A stretch of 64,000 nucleotides of DNA from Ophelia neglecta (GCA_965285935.1 OZ260667.1:45136001-45200000); one strand, 5' to 3'; positions 14,493-27,399 are shown, counted from the first letter of the stretch. The notes: generated by a model not told the origin, from the letters alone. Made by a program: numbers and translations.

Positions 14493-14525
14493 GATTTGGT
14501 ATCTTCCTGCCCCGCTAGGGTCATA

Positions 14526-14820
14526 TGATTCCCTCTAATGCAAGCAGTCGGTAATCTACTCTGGTCCTGGTAGGGTGATTCCCTCCAATGCTAGTGGTCA
14601 GAGATCTTGCTCCGGTCCTCCATAGATCCACTAATTCCCTCAGAGCCTAGCAGTCAAAGGTCTCATTCGGGCCCTCAGGCTGGAAGGGTAGAGAGATTCC
14701 CTCTTTTGCTAGCGGTCAGTGATCTCATCTGGTCCGGTTACAGTCCAGTAAGTTTCTCTGTCACTAGTGATCAGTGATCTAACCCAGTCTTTGAGGGGTC
14801 TAGTAATTCCCTCCAATGGT
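14526..14820. repeat. Old degenerate ~50-60-bp tandem repeat (ATTCCCTC..ATGCTAG.GGTCAG.GATCT), ~5-6 units
   Basis: attccctc recurs at ~14528, 14578, 14634, 14696 and 14806, with a degenerate unit near 14750. Confidence 0.7.
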
Positions 14821-17800
14821 GGAAGTCATTTTGTTATCAATCCTTTCCTCGGATAAATTTAAAGTGAAAAACTTCACTTGTTTAATGTCGATATTATGAG
14901 ACTGGTAACTGCGTTACCTGCTGCACTGGTCACCGACATGACTGTACAGAGATCTCCTAGCTTTATGATTACAATGGACAAGCTCGTAAACAGAGGGACT
15001 TCACCCAACCATCCGATATTAGTACAAATGTCAAAAGTCCAAGCTTTAAATAAAAATGTGATCCAAAACCATACAGTACCAGTTCAGAGGAAGAAAGCTA
15101 TTTTTAATATGAATCAGAGCAATGTTCACATCTTAGGCATAAATTGCACCAGCTAGGGCTTGTTAAGTTCAATCATCATTCTAAAAGCATAAATTTGTTA
15201 TCTACTCTATAAATACATGTATAAATGTATAGTGGAAAGAATGATAAAAACCCTGGAACTCAGTGCTCCCACTAAGTGTAAAGCCAAGACAACAAGGAGT
15301 GATGTTTTTCTTCACTAGAACAGACAATATGATAAACCCTTCTGCTACATCCACCAAGCATCACAAATTCGAAGCTTTCTACCCTGAGGAAGGTAGTTTG
15401 TATCAAAAAATTGGAATATAATACATCCTATTTACACCTATTGATAACATTTTAGTGGTGTTTTCTGTCACAAATGATGCAGGCGGCTTGAGCCGCAGAC
15501 AAATGGCAGAGAAAAAGCTGAGCTTTAAGTCACTCCTGAAAGGGATCCTAACTTCCATGATCACCGTGCTCACATTTAAAGTTACTGCACATATCCATTG
15601 TCTCCTGACTCTAACTCACATGTGCCAGAACAAATGGAGACAAGTTGTGCATGCAAGTGTGCCAAACCTGCCACAGGTGCCGGCTAGCTGCGGACTCCGG
15701 CAGCAATGAGCCCAGCCAGCCAACAGGCATACCTGGAATACAGGCCAGATCACAGGTGGTATTATCTTAAAGGGAAGGCAATAACAAATACCACCTTGCC
15801 CTAATGATGAAGTAAAAATCTTACTGAATCCATAAAACATCTATTGGAAGATGACAATTGTTCACAGCTACTTTCAAATGTATATAAAATGTGTTGCGCC
15901 AGAAACTCGCCTGATAAAAACACAGCAGGTAAAAGAGATCTCGAGTACACAAAACTTCGCCCCCTGAAAAAGATGGCTCCTTGATTGGTGATTGTTATTA
16001 TCAACAAGCAGGCAGGTATAATCCATGCTTGTAGGTAGGTCTTGTAAGTGGGTGGTTTGTCTGCTATTGAGCCACTCAAGCCAATTGGTTGCTGTTGATC
16101 TGAACTAAGTACAGGGACTTGATATATGGACAATGAGCAGTTTGTCTCAGAGCGAGCCTGAAATTATCTATCCTTCTAGGGGCCCCTGTATAGCATTGTA
16201 TTCCAGTGATGAATTTTATAAAAAAGCAGTTATTATATATGGACAATGGAGAGATGACCTTTAATCTGGCATACTTGTGTCATTAAACCAAGGCATGGCC
16301 GACAAGGACACTATAACTCAAATTTCATGAAATGACTGATGATCTTGATTAGCGGTCAGAGGTCGCATCTATTTTGATTCATTCATTCCACTGTAATTGG
16401 CAACTTGGTTGTGGTTCAGGTGTGATACATACACAACTTACATAATAGGTCAAACTAAGAAAATTGCAGCCCGTCTGTGACCTTGCCATGCCAGTTGTCT
16501 GCCTGCGGTCTGTCTCCCAGACCATTCTCCCCACAGGCTGCATCCCTGACCTGTGTGCCAATATCCTTTAGAATCCCTTCTAAGATGAAATGGACATTAT
16601 CCCCAGACAACATGGTGCTTCTAAAGATGCAAGGACAAGAAAAACAGGCATACAAGTAAATACCAGTTGGTATTTACCAAGGACAAGATAAACATAAACT
16701 CTCACAGTTTTAAGTATACAGGAGGCGGGGAACAGGTCTGAGAGAGCTAGCTTGTAAAAAAAGAGTCTTTCTGATGACAATCCAGGCAGCCTGACATGTC
16801 CAAGCTTAAGACAGAATCTGTGATGAGATTTATTCTGCAATCACTGGTTCAACTAGGAGAAAAGCCATTTTTTGGATTGTGTGCATGGAGAAAAACCTGA
16901 AATTAGTGTTGTATTATATATACATAATTATCATGTAGCATCTTACTCATGTATATTTTGATGGTACAGATTGATTTAAAGTACCTGCAACTATAATTGT
17001 CAGAAGTTTGAATTATGAAAAATAAAGACAAGCACAAATATGATTTATTGTTTTCTGGATGGTGGTATATAACAGTATGATACATTAATGCATGTCAAAG
17101 GTGATATATGAATAACTGTTAGCCACTAAATTAATTTATTATCAAGCATAATATATAACTTAACAAAAGTACTGTATTGACCCTGTACAGGTACCTTCAT
17201 AAAATGACATTTAAAAAATAACTACAAAAACTGTCACTGACACAGATTTCATTAACACAATTAAATTTTCAGTCTGGTACAATAATTGTGGCAGACAAGT
17301 CATGTAAGAGAGAACTTCATACACTGAAAACAAGGTGTTACAAATCAAGATAATGTTATAAGTGAGTTCAAGGGTATCAGAAAGACAAAAGGCAAGCTGG
17401 GGAAGACAGCTAATGGAGTGATAAAAGCTTTGTATATGTTATGTTCCTGTAAGATTTACACCTGTAAATTCATCTAAGACTAGAAAATAAATTAGGGTCT
17501 GTTTACACCTTTACAAGTACAGTTACATTCAAAGAGAATCAAAATGGGATGAATAGCAAGAACACTTTTAACAACTGGTAGATGGTGATTAATAAAGTCC
17601 ACCTCAATGAGAAGAACTAGGATGAAACATTAGGTGATGAGTGAAGTTATCATATCAAAACATGGCATTTGATATGTATTGCACATAATCAAGGCTGAGC
17701 TGTCAAACTGGTGAAAAGAAAAACCTGGTGTAAAATATCACAGATCAAGATCAAAGACAATGCCATTCTCTGTAGATCAAGGTCTATTTAGGTTTCTCAT

Positions 17801-17844
17801 GAACAACAGAAAAAGACGTAAGGTGTCCTGGTAACCTAGCCTAC

Positions 17845-17989
17845 CTGTAATCAGGAGATTTGCGAGCTCTTCGTGACGGCTTACTGCGAGGCCAGGTGTT
17901 TTGTAGAGCCTCCTCTCTCTCACTGCTTCCATTCATCACCACCTTTCGACCTTTACCGGTCGTGTCAGTCCCAGATGACTCAATTCCAC
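17845..17989 (-). CDS. Coding exon (145 nt) of the large gene
   Basis: ttttcag|...ag|gtaggc; encodes GIESSGTDTTGKGRKVVMNGSSEREEALQNTWPRSKPSRRARKSPDY. Its phase-2 end joins the single leading nt of the 3917 exon (AGC, Ser). Confidence 0.85.
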
Positions 17990-18225
17990 CTGAAAACCAT
18001 ACAACATGAGTCAACATTTGTTTTTTGAATGATTATCAAAGAAGTTATCTAAATCACTTTAATGTGCTTGAGTTGCAAAATGAAAGAAGTCGGCAATTCC
18101 TTAGTCAAGAAATACCCAAGTTATTTTTTTTCCACAGAGGGAATGCAAAACAAAGCATTTATAAATGCATACCCCTGCCCCATTAAAAGGTGTAGTAGAT
18201 AGGTTTGTATATCACAGAAGGTAGT

Positions 18226-19330
18226 CTGAGCTCCACAGAGAAAAGCCTGAGCACTGCCTCCCTTCAAAAGCATTAAGCCTGGGCTCCATAGGGAGCAGAC
18301 CTAGCTCCCTACAGAGGAGCCTCAATCTGCTCAAAAGAGAGGGGCCTGGGGTCCATAGGGAGGATCCTGCGGTCCACAGGGAGGAGCCTGGCGTCCATAC
18401 GGAGGAGCCTGGGGTCCACAGGGAGGAGCCTGGGGTCCATAGGGAGGAGGAGCCTGCAGTCCATAGGGAGGAACCTGGGGTCCATAGGGAGGAGCCTGGG
18501 GTCCACAGGGAGGAGCCTGGGGTCCATGGGGAGGAGCCTGGGGTCCATATGGAGGAACCTGGGGTCCAAAGGGAGGAGCCTGGGGTCCACAGGGACGAGC
18601 CTGGCGTCCATAGGGAGGAGCCTGGGGTCCTTAGGGAGGAGCCTGGGGTCCACAGGGAGGAGCCTTGGGTCCATAGGTAGGAACCTGGGGTCCATAGGGA
18701 GGAGCCTGGGGTCCACAGGGAGGAGCCTGGGGTCCATAGGGATGAGCCTGGGGTCCATAGGGAGGAGCCTGGGGTCCATAGGGAGGAGCCTGGGGTCCAC
18801 AGGGAGGAGCCTGGGGTCCATAGAGAGCAGACCTAGCTCCCATCTGATCAAAAGAGAGGGGCCTGGGGTCCATAGGAGGAGCCTGCAGTCCATAGGGAGG
18901 AGCCTGGGGTCCATAGGGAGGAGCCTGGGGTCCATAGGGAGGAGCCTGGGGTCCACAGGGAGGAGCCTGGGGTCCATAGGGAGGAGCCTGTGGTCTACAG
19001 GGAGGAGCCTGGGGTCCATAGGGAGGAGCCTGGGGTCTACAGGGAGGAGCCTGGGGTCCATAGGGAGGAGCCTGGGGTCCATAGGGAGAAGCCTGGGGTC
19101 CATAGAGAGCAGACCTAGCTCCCTACAGAGGTGCCTCAATCTGATCAAAAGAGAGGGGCCTGGGGTCCACAGGGAGGGGCCTGGGGTCCATAGGGAGGAG
19201 CCTGCAGTCCATAGGGAGGAACCCTGGCTACATATAGAGGAGCCTTGGGTCAAATGAAAGGAGCTTCAGAGTGAAGGATAAGCCTGAGCTACAAAGAGAG
19301 TCTCCACTCCATAGAGAGGTGCCTCATTCC
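18226..19330. repeat. 21-bp G-rich minisatellite (CATAGGGAGGAGCCTGGGGTC) with higher-order spacer
   Basis: Direct reading; explains the MDPRLLP / SIGRSLG ORFs. Confidence 0.95.
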
Positions 19331-19524
19331 ACAGAGCCAGCCACCAATTTTAATTCTAGGTAGCATTTTTCTTCAACTGACAAATTACTGAATGGTTCTT
19401 TATAACCATAGAACTAGTTCTTATAAAATGGCTGCCATATTATTGAATTTTGTGTGTAGAAGCTCCCTAAAAATATTGGCTGCCACACTAATAATCAGAC
19501 CAATTGAATATATATGGTACAAAC

Positions 19525-19644
19525 CGGCAATCTGTAGTTGGGTCTTCCTGATAATCTCTTGGAACTTCTTTTCAATGAGTGCCTCCATGTTGGAAGATTC
19601 ACCATCGCTGCTTGCACCGTCACTATCTGAACACAGCGATTTGC
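19525..19644 (-). CDS. Symmetric phase 1-1 coding exon (120 nt)
   Basis: tgttttcag|...g|gtttgt; KSLCSDSDGASSDGESSNMEALIEKKFQEIIRKTQLQIA (within ORF 19421-19684). Confidence 0.8.
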
Positions 19645-20735
19645 CTGAAAACAATACCCAAACTTTCTGAAATGGCATCGTCACAGGAAGATATTTAATG
19701 TATCCACCTCATAATACACAGTACCAGTCAACTTGCACAAACACACTACATGATTCAAAAACAGACAGGAATGTATAACCAAATCAATAGGCAGAAATGA
19801 ACTATCTACATGTACATGTATGTTCCCTTCACCACTATATATTTCTAAAGATCATACCAATGAACCTGTTCAAAAATTTAGTATGTAAAGCTCTACAACC
19901 AATTTGACATAATGAAAAAGCCCTACAGTCAGATATGAAAGGTCGTTTGTATGTGCTGACAAATATACTTGTGAGTCAAATACTGTTGGGTGATCAACAA
20001 ACCAAGTCGGTTTTATTAGAGAGAGCCCAGTTGATTTGGGTTAGTATACAGTGAATCAATATTCACTTTCCTGAATTCAGTGTGCGTGTTGGTAAAAACA
20101 TTATACCTCTTGTACCTGTTAGACAAACATGATTCTATATGACTTAGAGGAATGAACATGTAAACTGTGTATCCTCTGACAAAAGACTAGTCTGTCCCCT
20201 CTTAAGCCTGCAGATGGCTGTATTTATGTATATAACACACCACACTGCAGTACTGACAGGTACTGGATAACTAGACAAAACCCCACAGAAATTCACTTCA
20301 AAGGGGTGGAGGATGATTTTTTCTTTGTGTGATAGGAGAAAACAATCTTTTACAATATACAAATTGTTTTTTTTTTACTTTATAGCTTTTTCAATTTTAC
20401 TTTATATTCATCCCCAATCACACTCCATGTTTTAACAGCTAAAGTCTTTCAATATTGATATAAACTGAGGTGAAACTTGAGTCAATTGTAAGCATGAACC
20501 ATTTTGTATTCTACTCAAATGCTAGGCAGAAACAACTTAGCTGTCTGAGACATGCCAATTTAGTCATTTTAAATCGCCCTCCTCTGCTATCATTCAGACT
20601 GCCTTGGTCTTTACGTTCTTAGAAAAGGCTCACCCCATATTTTCCTTAAGTAAATACTCAGCTTCTGCTGAACAGACAGAATAACAGCAGATTTTATAGC
20701 AACATATTAATTTTTCAAAGATGACCCTGACTTAC

Positions 20736-20999
20736 TGAGTGCTGCATGAAATCTTTCCCTTATGTATTGAGATTGCACTGTGTCAACATCGCTGTCCACG
20801 ATGAATTTGTCAAAGGTCATGATAGGAACGTTTGCCACTTGCTTTACCATCACGTTGTGGAACTGATTCTCAAAGTCTTCAGTCATGACGGACTCCATGT
20901 CGCTGTGGCCCCCACCGCCAAGCATGTGACGCGACTTTTTGCTGCCTGCAGGTTTAAAGGAAGGTCTGGTTTTCATTTTTGGCACCGGTTTACCACTAT
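20736..20999 (-). CDS. Symmetric phase 1-1 coding exon (264 nt)
   Basis: cttgtag|...a|gtaagt; within ORF 20707-20985; carries two copies of the acidic helical repeat. Confidence 0.85.
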
Positions 21000-22934
21000 C
21001 TACAAGCAGATGAGAAAGAAAGCAAAAGGGAGGTTAATAAAGGCCACACCATTAGCTATTAATAGTCCCTCCTCCTCTGACCAGTACAAGCAAAATACTA
21101 ACGTGAAAAGTATGAGAGGAAAGTCACTACAAGATAGACTTCTAATCATTATGAAACTGACAAGGATTGGTTTTTATAGTCTTACGCTGTGGAAAACAGT
21201 TTAAGTTGAATAAGCTATACACAGGTAATTATCTTGTTTATCATAAGTGGTATAAATAGTGTCAATGTACCAATCTCTTATAGAGTAACATAGTGTAAAC
21301 CAGAATATGGCTGCGAGAAAGTTTGCTCTTTTGGTATTGAGACATATTTGGCACATTAATGTTTATGGATAAGCACTACCAGTGAACTCAAATGGTTGAG
21401 CTTCACAATTTTTAATATTCTAGCAGCCTTCGGGAATAGTTGATGAATTTTGTGGCAGTCCTAAACATCATTAAAGTATTCTGCTAGCCACTAATTCCTG
21501 GGTTACAGTTATGTTATTTATTGGGGTTGATCACTTATATTATAAACAAGACAAGTACCAGTGGAGTTGAAAACTTAGTATTCATAATCCAACATTTTTA
21601 TGACAGCAATATAAAGATATTGTATATAATTTGATTGTTTAACTGATACCAATATCTACATAGTATCTACACACAGTATATTATACTACGGACATCTTAC
21701 TACCATGTACCCAAGCAAGCAAAGCCAAAATATAATATGAATTAATAACATAAAGATAATGAAGTAGGGAAGGATGAATGTTGAGACAACTGTACAGAGA
21801 ATATCTGAGGAATAATCAGCGACCTTTACATTCATCATGCACACCCCCTGATCTGATAGGCTTGTTACGGGCATGCAATGCTTCCCTATTTATCAATTAA
21901 TCAGACTTATTATAAACTCTCCCCCAGCTAACAATATCTCTAATGTTATGTAGTAGCCCAGTCAACTCTATCCCTACATTATAATTTTGAGATTTATGTT
22001 TTATTATTTACTGCAGCTAGATGGATTATATATCTTAAATATCCATACAAATTGTATAAATTTTATTCTAACACTGACACCGGGTCAGGCCAGGCTCATT
22101 ATCTTGTTTAATGCAGCTCAAACATTTAAGATCCTAGATTATTTTAAATTTGTTTAAATTTCTTGTGTTTTAAGTTAATAACATCACTACATTTTAGATA
22201 TAACATAGCTTACTGTTCATTACATAGTCACAAAGTTGTCATTTTATTAATCCAGGTACAAGAAACTATTGTTTTCTATTATAAGTAGTACAAAACCAGA
22301 CATGCCTACTACTGTTGTTTCATTGAACTTGCACCTACAAGCTGTAGGATTAACAGTGAGGTGCATGTTTGAGCATGTGGGGAAATTTGGCTCCCTACAA
22401 TATACATAAGATGTTAATCTAGACCACAAACAGGAACTGATTTTAAACTTTACGATGAACATTGATATATGAATGAAATGTACAATAAACATGTTGATCG
22501 CAGGTCACTTCATATGATTCAATGACTCTTGCCTAAATTACTGGACTTCAGTATGAGAATTGAATATGAACTTAATCCTGTTAGGGTTGTGCCTAAATAT
22601 ATACAGTCAACATTCATTGATGGGTTATCAAAACATTAAACTCCTTTATAATATATTAATGGCTAAATAAATAAGAGATTTTTGCTAGCTACCTAAAATG
22701 AGGCCTAACTTACATAGCCACTGTGGCTGTCATGTTTTTCCTTGATAGTGTATTTTCCTGATATTAGGCCCAGTGAAGCATGTCAAACATGAGCATGATG
22801 TATTATTCAGTGTTATAAACAGCACATATCTGTTAGTAAAATAACTAGTAAACTGAATTCACTGTGAACATGTGTAAAAAGCAAATCCCTAGCTGCCACC
22901 ACTAGAAATCATCTTGTTGATGATTTTCACTTAC

Positions 22935-22997
22935 CCGACTTTTTAAAAACCCTTTTGGGTTTCTGGGACATGTTTTTTAATTTGTATTTACTCTTTC
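22935..22997 (-). CDS. Small symmetric phase 1-1 coding exon (63 nt), lysine-rich
   Basis: tattgcag|...g|gtaagt; KSKYKLKNMSQKPKRVFKKS; length divisible by 3. Confidence 0.7.
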
Positions 22998-23380
22998 CTG
23001 CAATATACAAGGGATTTTGATACACAAATACTTTGAAGGTTTTAAAAGTATGATATCTTAGACCTGTTCAAAATCATCAGTGGGCACATATCATATAATT
23101 AATTTTATAAAATACAATAATGCATCTGTGTACCATGTGAAAATTGACCATGCAATAAGAGTTGTTTTTAATCATAATTATTTTACTTGGAAAAGATAAT
23201 GGCACAACCATTCTTAAATAATTAAATACCACACTTTTCTCTATTTACAAATGAATATTTATATATTCAATCTTGGTTTTTGATTTGAATGAAACATTAA
23301 AGTTTCATAAATCACACTCTCTATAGGCAAACCAACTAGTAAGCTAACATCAAACATTAACAACAAAAGCTTGTCTTTAC

Positions 23381-23500
23381 CTGAGGTATTAGAGGTAGTA
23401 ACTACTATAGATTTTTTATATTCCTTTTCTATGTCTTCAGTTTTTACGGAATCGTGGTCCGTCAAACTATCTTTCCGAGACAAGTTGAGCAGTGGCACAT
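23381..23500 (-). CDS. Symmetric phase 1-1 coding exon (120 nt)
   Basis: catatag|...g|gtaaag; VPLLNLSRKDSLTDHDSVKTEDIEKEYKKSIVVTTSNTS. Confidence 0.85.
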
Positions 23501-24286
23501 CTATATGCAGCGCAAAAAGTACACGAAAGGCAATTAGTAAATAAAAGCACTACTTTCTATTTATTCATGTAACCCACAAACTTTTTGCCAGTTCAAAGTT
23601 TTATAAATCTTACACATACACAATAAGGGGTGCCAAAATAATCAAAAGAATATTGTGCTCATTGTGAAACATAATATTTAATGAACTTAATCAGAAACAG
23701 CACAAAATTACTGTAAATAAACATGGCATAAATTGAATATCACTTCCAATTCAACGGCAATAATTGTCTGGGCTACAATCACATCTGGCAAATTAGAGTA
23801 TCTTAATTAATATCAAGCAACAGCACTCCAGACAGTATTAGTGGTTAAAATTACTGTGTTTAGAGTTGAATCCCAACATGCACACCCCTTCCCCCCCCCC
23901 AGCCCCCCTGCCTTTATAATCAGGTCTACAGGCTGTATTCATAATTTACATGTATGTACTCATGATTAAATTGTACAGTATTATGAAAAGCAATTGTACA
24001 AGCAGAAGTAATGTTTGATTGAGCCTCTATAACCATTACTAACAGTTCTACGCTTAAGATAATCAGAATATCAATGAGCAAAAATAACAAGTCAATCAAT
24101 TTCACTGGCTTTGGTAAACATTGTAAGCAAACTGGTAATCATTACATAAAAGCCAAACTATGTAGCATTCAACCAACACCACAATTCGCACTAATTTACA
24201 GGTACAACATTTATTTGCAGGTAATGGCAAGCCAGTCTATACCAACAGGCTACATACAAATGTTACAAGACACAGGCACAAGTTAC

Positions 24287-24391
24287 CTGGCCTGTAGGAA
24301 GGCACTCGGGGTGGCACCATGGCTTTAAGAAAAGCCTTCTCGTAATCCTCAGTTTTAATAGAATCGCGGTCACTGGGGCACTTGTGACGTC
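24287..24391 (-). CDS. Symmetric phase 1-1 coding exon (105 nt)
   Basis: cccacag|...g|gtaact; RHKCPSDRDSIKTEDYEKAFLKAMVPPRVPSYRP. Confidence 0.85.
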
Positions 24392-24786
24392 CTGTGGGAT
24401 GGCATATAATTAAATAATACTTTGTCATCAAGTAAAAATCACTTTTTTCCATTAAAAACCCATCCAAATTACTAACAAATACTGGTGATATTCTCAAACG
24501 CACTTGTTTAAGGTATAACATATAAATAAAAAGCATGGCTTATACATAGGCACAGCAACATGCTTTGCATTACATAGCACACATAAAATGCAGATGCTTT
24601 GAACTTTCCCATAACACATAGAAAGCAATGATTAAAATAACAAAATGTATCAAATAGTCACCATATCATATTTTTAGTAATTAGGTAAAAGGATTTTCTA
24701 TTTGATAAAAATTGTTTCCTAATGACTAAAGACTATGTGTTAAGCAAATGCGGTGCAGGAAATTCTGTCATTATAGAGCGGCCTAC

Positions 24787-24894
24787 CTTTATTTTGACTT
24801 GTGAGTATATGGTGGTATTTCTCATCAAACTGTTTGGCCATGTCCGAGTCTAGAGCTTCGTATCGTGGCGTGCCTTTCTGGGTTGTGTCTTCAT
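24787..24894 (-). CDS. Symmetric phase 1-1 coding exon (108 nt)
   Basis: cttacag|...g|gtaggc; EDTTQKGTPRYEALDSDMAKQFDEKYHHILTSQNK. Confidence 0.85.
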
Positions 24895-26006
24895 CTGTAA
24901 GGGTGTAAGTCAGAATGTATCTGGACATTCTGTCCTGTACATACAAGAGAGCCAAACACCCTCAGCTTTACAGGATTGTTATTTTAACCACTGCAGGAAG
25001 AAATGTTCCAGGAGACTTTTGATCTTGATCATGAGCCTAGTGCCATTAAGGAAACCAACTGCATGTGTTTTCAATTGTATACATTCACATTAGAAGAAAG
25101 GGGTCCTAAGTTTTAACCTGTGTTACAACATGTACTGTACAGGTAAATCAGCAGGACAGCCAGCATTCCACTGTGTATAGAGCTCCAAACAACTTGCATA
25201 ACATGTTATATTAATATACATGTACACGGGGGCCTGCCTATACACATTTGGGTTTATTAATCATATAAATAATTTCCACTGTTAATATATTTTCTGTACC
25301 AATAATTGTTCATACATGAGGGCATGTATAGAATATGGTATTAAATCTGTACATTTGGCATACAGAATCTCAATAGAATGATTAAAATATATATTTATTC
25401 TAAATGTAAAGAGGGCATATTCTAAATATAAACAAAAAATAACATTCCACTGTTGATTGACTTCCTATAGAATACCAGGATATCTGATATATTCTTTATC
25501 ATATCAGATTGAGATATCCCCTAAACAGCAGCAAGATTGAGTTTTAGCTGATCAGAGTTATGAAGTCCAGAGCAATCATAAAAATATAATATCTGGTGAC
25601 CACTGTACACATTTGTGCATTCCCTGGGCCAGAATTATAGTGTGAGGAATGCATCCTCTCCAGAACACCATCTCATATAATATTGGCTTAAACATTTAAC
25701 TACTTTAAAACTCATTTTTTGCAGTTTTAACACTATTTTGCAGCACTAAATTGTACAAAATTGTCATCTGGAAAAATTAAGATTGAAAATTATTCACATG
25801 CACTTTAATTTTGCCAATATATGACCTTGCAAAAAAAAATAATAATAAAGGCATGTCAAAACTTGTGACTTTAATAAGACTATCTTACATTTGATTATGA
25901 GGCTGTCCACTAATTAGGTCACAATAAAATCATGGCATGGTAGAGAGTTAGGAGAGGATGTTTCTCTTATCATCTTATTTACAATGCATTAAAAAAAGCA
26001 GCGTAC

Positions 26007-26153
26007 CTTCTGAAGATTCTGAGGCATAGATACCAGCCTTGCCTACGATGTGTGGGTCCTGGTCAGAATCACCGTCCACACTGCCCGTCCCCAGGCCGGT
26101 GTCTCCCTCATCCTTCTCAGCTAAATGACTCCGATGTACCTTACCTAACGAAT
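26007..26153 (-). CDS. Symmetric phase 1-1 coding exon (147 nt)
   Basis: ttcttacag|...g|gtacgc; SLGKVHRSHLAEKDEGDTGLGTGSVDGDSDQDPHIVGKAGIYASESSE. Confidence 0.8.
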
Positions 26154-26837
26154 CTGTAAGAATAGAAAAAATATCTCTTGTACAGCTAAAGGTATCATAA
26201 ATTTGAGATAAAACTATGGACATTTTTGTTTGTTCTATATGTAAGTATATTTACTAGTCAAAGGTAAACTGGGAAAACACATTGTACCAAGCAGCTAGTG
26301 TGTAATCAATGTTGCTTTAATCATGTTGATTACAGGAAAATGAAAGTAAACTAATACACAAATCTATACATGTGTGCTTCAGTACAATAATAAAGACAAA
26401 ATGAGGTAATAGAAATTATAGAAAATAACATTTTTCAAAGCAAAATATTATTTTACTTCAATCCTTCAATAGATCCAATGTATAACTAGTGAAAATATAA
26501 AAAAAAAATAGTTGGGCGGTGTCAATCGTTGAATAAACACAAACATGACATGTTTGAATTGGTTATTTATTCACAAATTTAACCTTTTAACATTTTTCCT
26601 ATGATGCCATGTTTTATATGTTCCCCAGTATTGTGGTTTTAGAGAGCATGGTTGACTAAACACCAACATAGTATGAAAGAAAATTGCCCAACATATCATA
26701 GCCAAAGAAACAGTAAATATGCCAACCCCTGAATGTCCACAACCCTTCAAAGAAAAGGTAAAATCTATTTGAGGACAGCATGGAATCCAATGCACACCGC
26801 TGAATTTAAGTAAATAATAAACAGGAGCAAATTCAGT

Positions 26838-26995
26838 TTAATGCTGATAAGAATGATTAAAGTCATGTTTGTCCTTGTTCTTAACAAGGGCCGCCGGCAG
26901 TGTAGAAGTGTAGAGAGCCGCTGTTGTACGGGCTGTGATTGTCTGGTGTGACCGATCACACCCGCCCATGGAGCTTGTAACTGTCACTAACCGAT
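26838..26995 (-). CDS. Possible alternative terminal exon
   Basis: ccttcaag| phase-1 entry, open for 51 codons to TAA (RLVTVTSSMGGCDRSH...HSYQH); CpG-rich; minus-strand AATAAA at 26566-26571. The acceptor is weak. Confidence 0.3.
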
Positions 26996-27329
26996 CTTGA
27001 AGGTCAATCACATACTTATTGCCTATACAGCCTATCTCATTCAATTCACAGACCCTCTAAGATTAACTTGTCAAGCTGGGTCACGATGGACCATCAACTG
27101 TGTGCAAAGGTGTCAGATAATTTGTTCAGCACAGTCAGATAAAAGATCAACAAAAACAACAGTATTTAACATTAAAGGGAGAAGATTAATAGCAGTCTCT
27201 TATAAATAATTAACCAAGTCAATCAAGTTTGTTAGTGTTAATTAAAATTGCCTTGGGCTAAACTACACTGAGTTAAACCAGTCAATGAATCAATGGGAGT
27301 GACAAAACTATCAACGCATAAATACTTAC

Positions 27330-27399
27330 ATGGGCCGGGGTGGCTGGAAGGAGTACAGGATCTTTTTAATAGCCACATCTTCACATCCATATCTGCCAT
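27330..27399 (-). CDS. Candidate alternative first coding exon B
   Basis: gtcATGg (strong Kozak); MADMDVKMWLLKRSCTPSSHPGP then t|gtaagt, phase 1, compatible with the 26153 exon. Confidence 0.55.

Noticed and set aside
14327-14524. Listed 65-aa ORF as the coding frame of exon C
   Set aside because: It would leave the gtgagt donor in phase 1, incompatible with the 3917 acceptor; the frame from ATG 14492 fits.
18309-19257. 314-aa MDPRLLP and 243-aa SIGRSLG repeat ORFs as real proteins
   Set aside because: By-products of a stop-free 21-bp minisatellite, open on both strands, with no convincing splice sites; the flanking exons join in phase without them.
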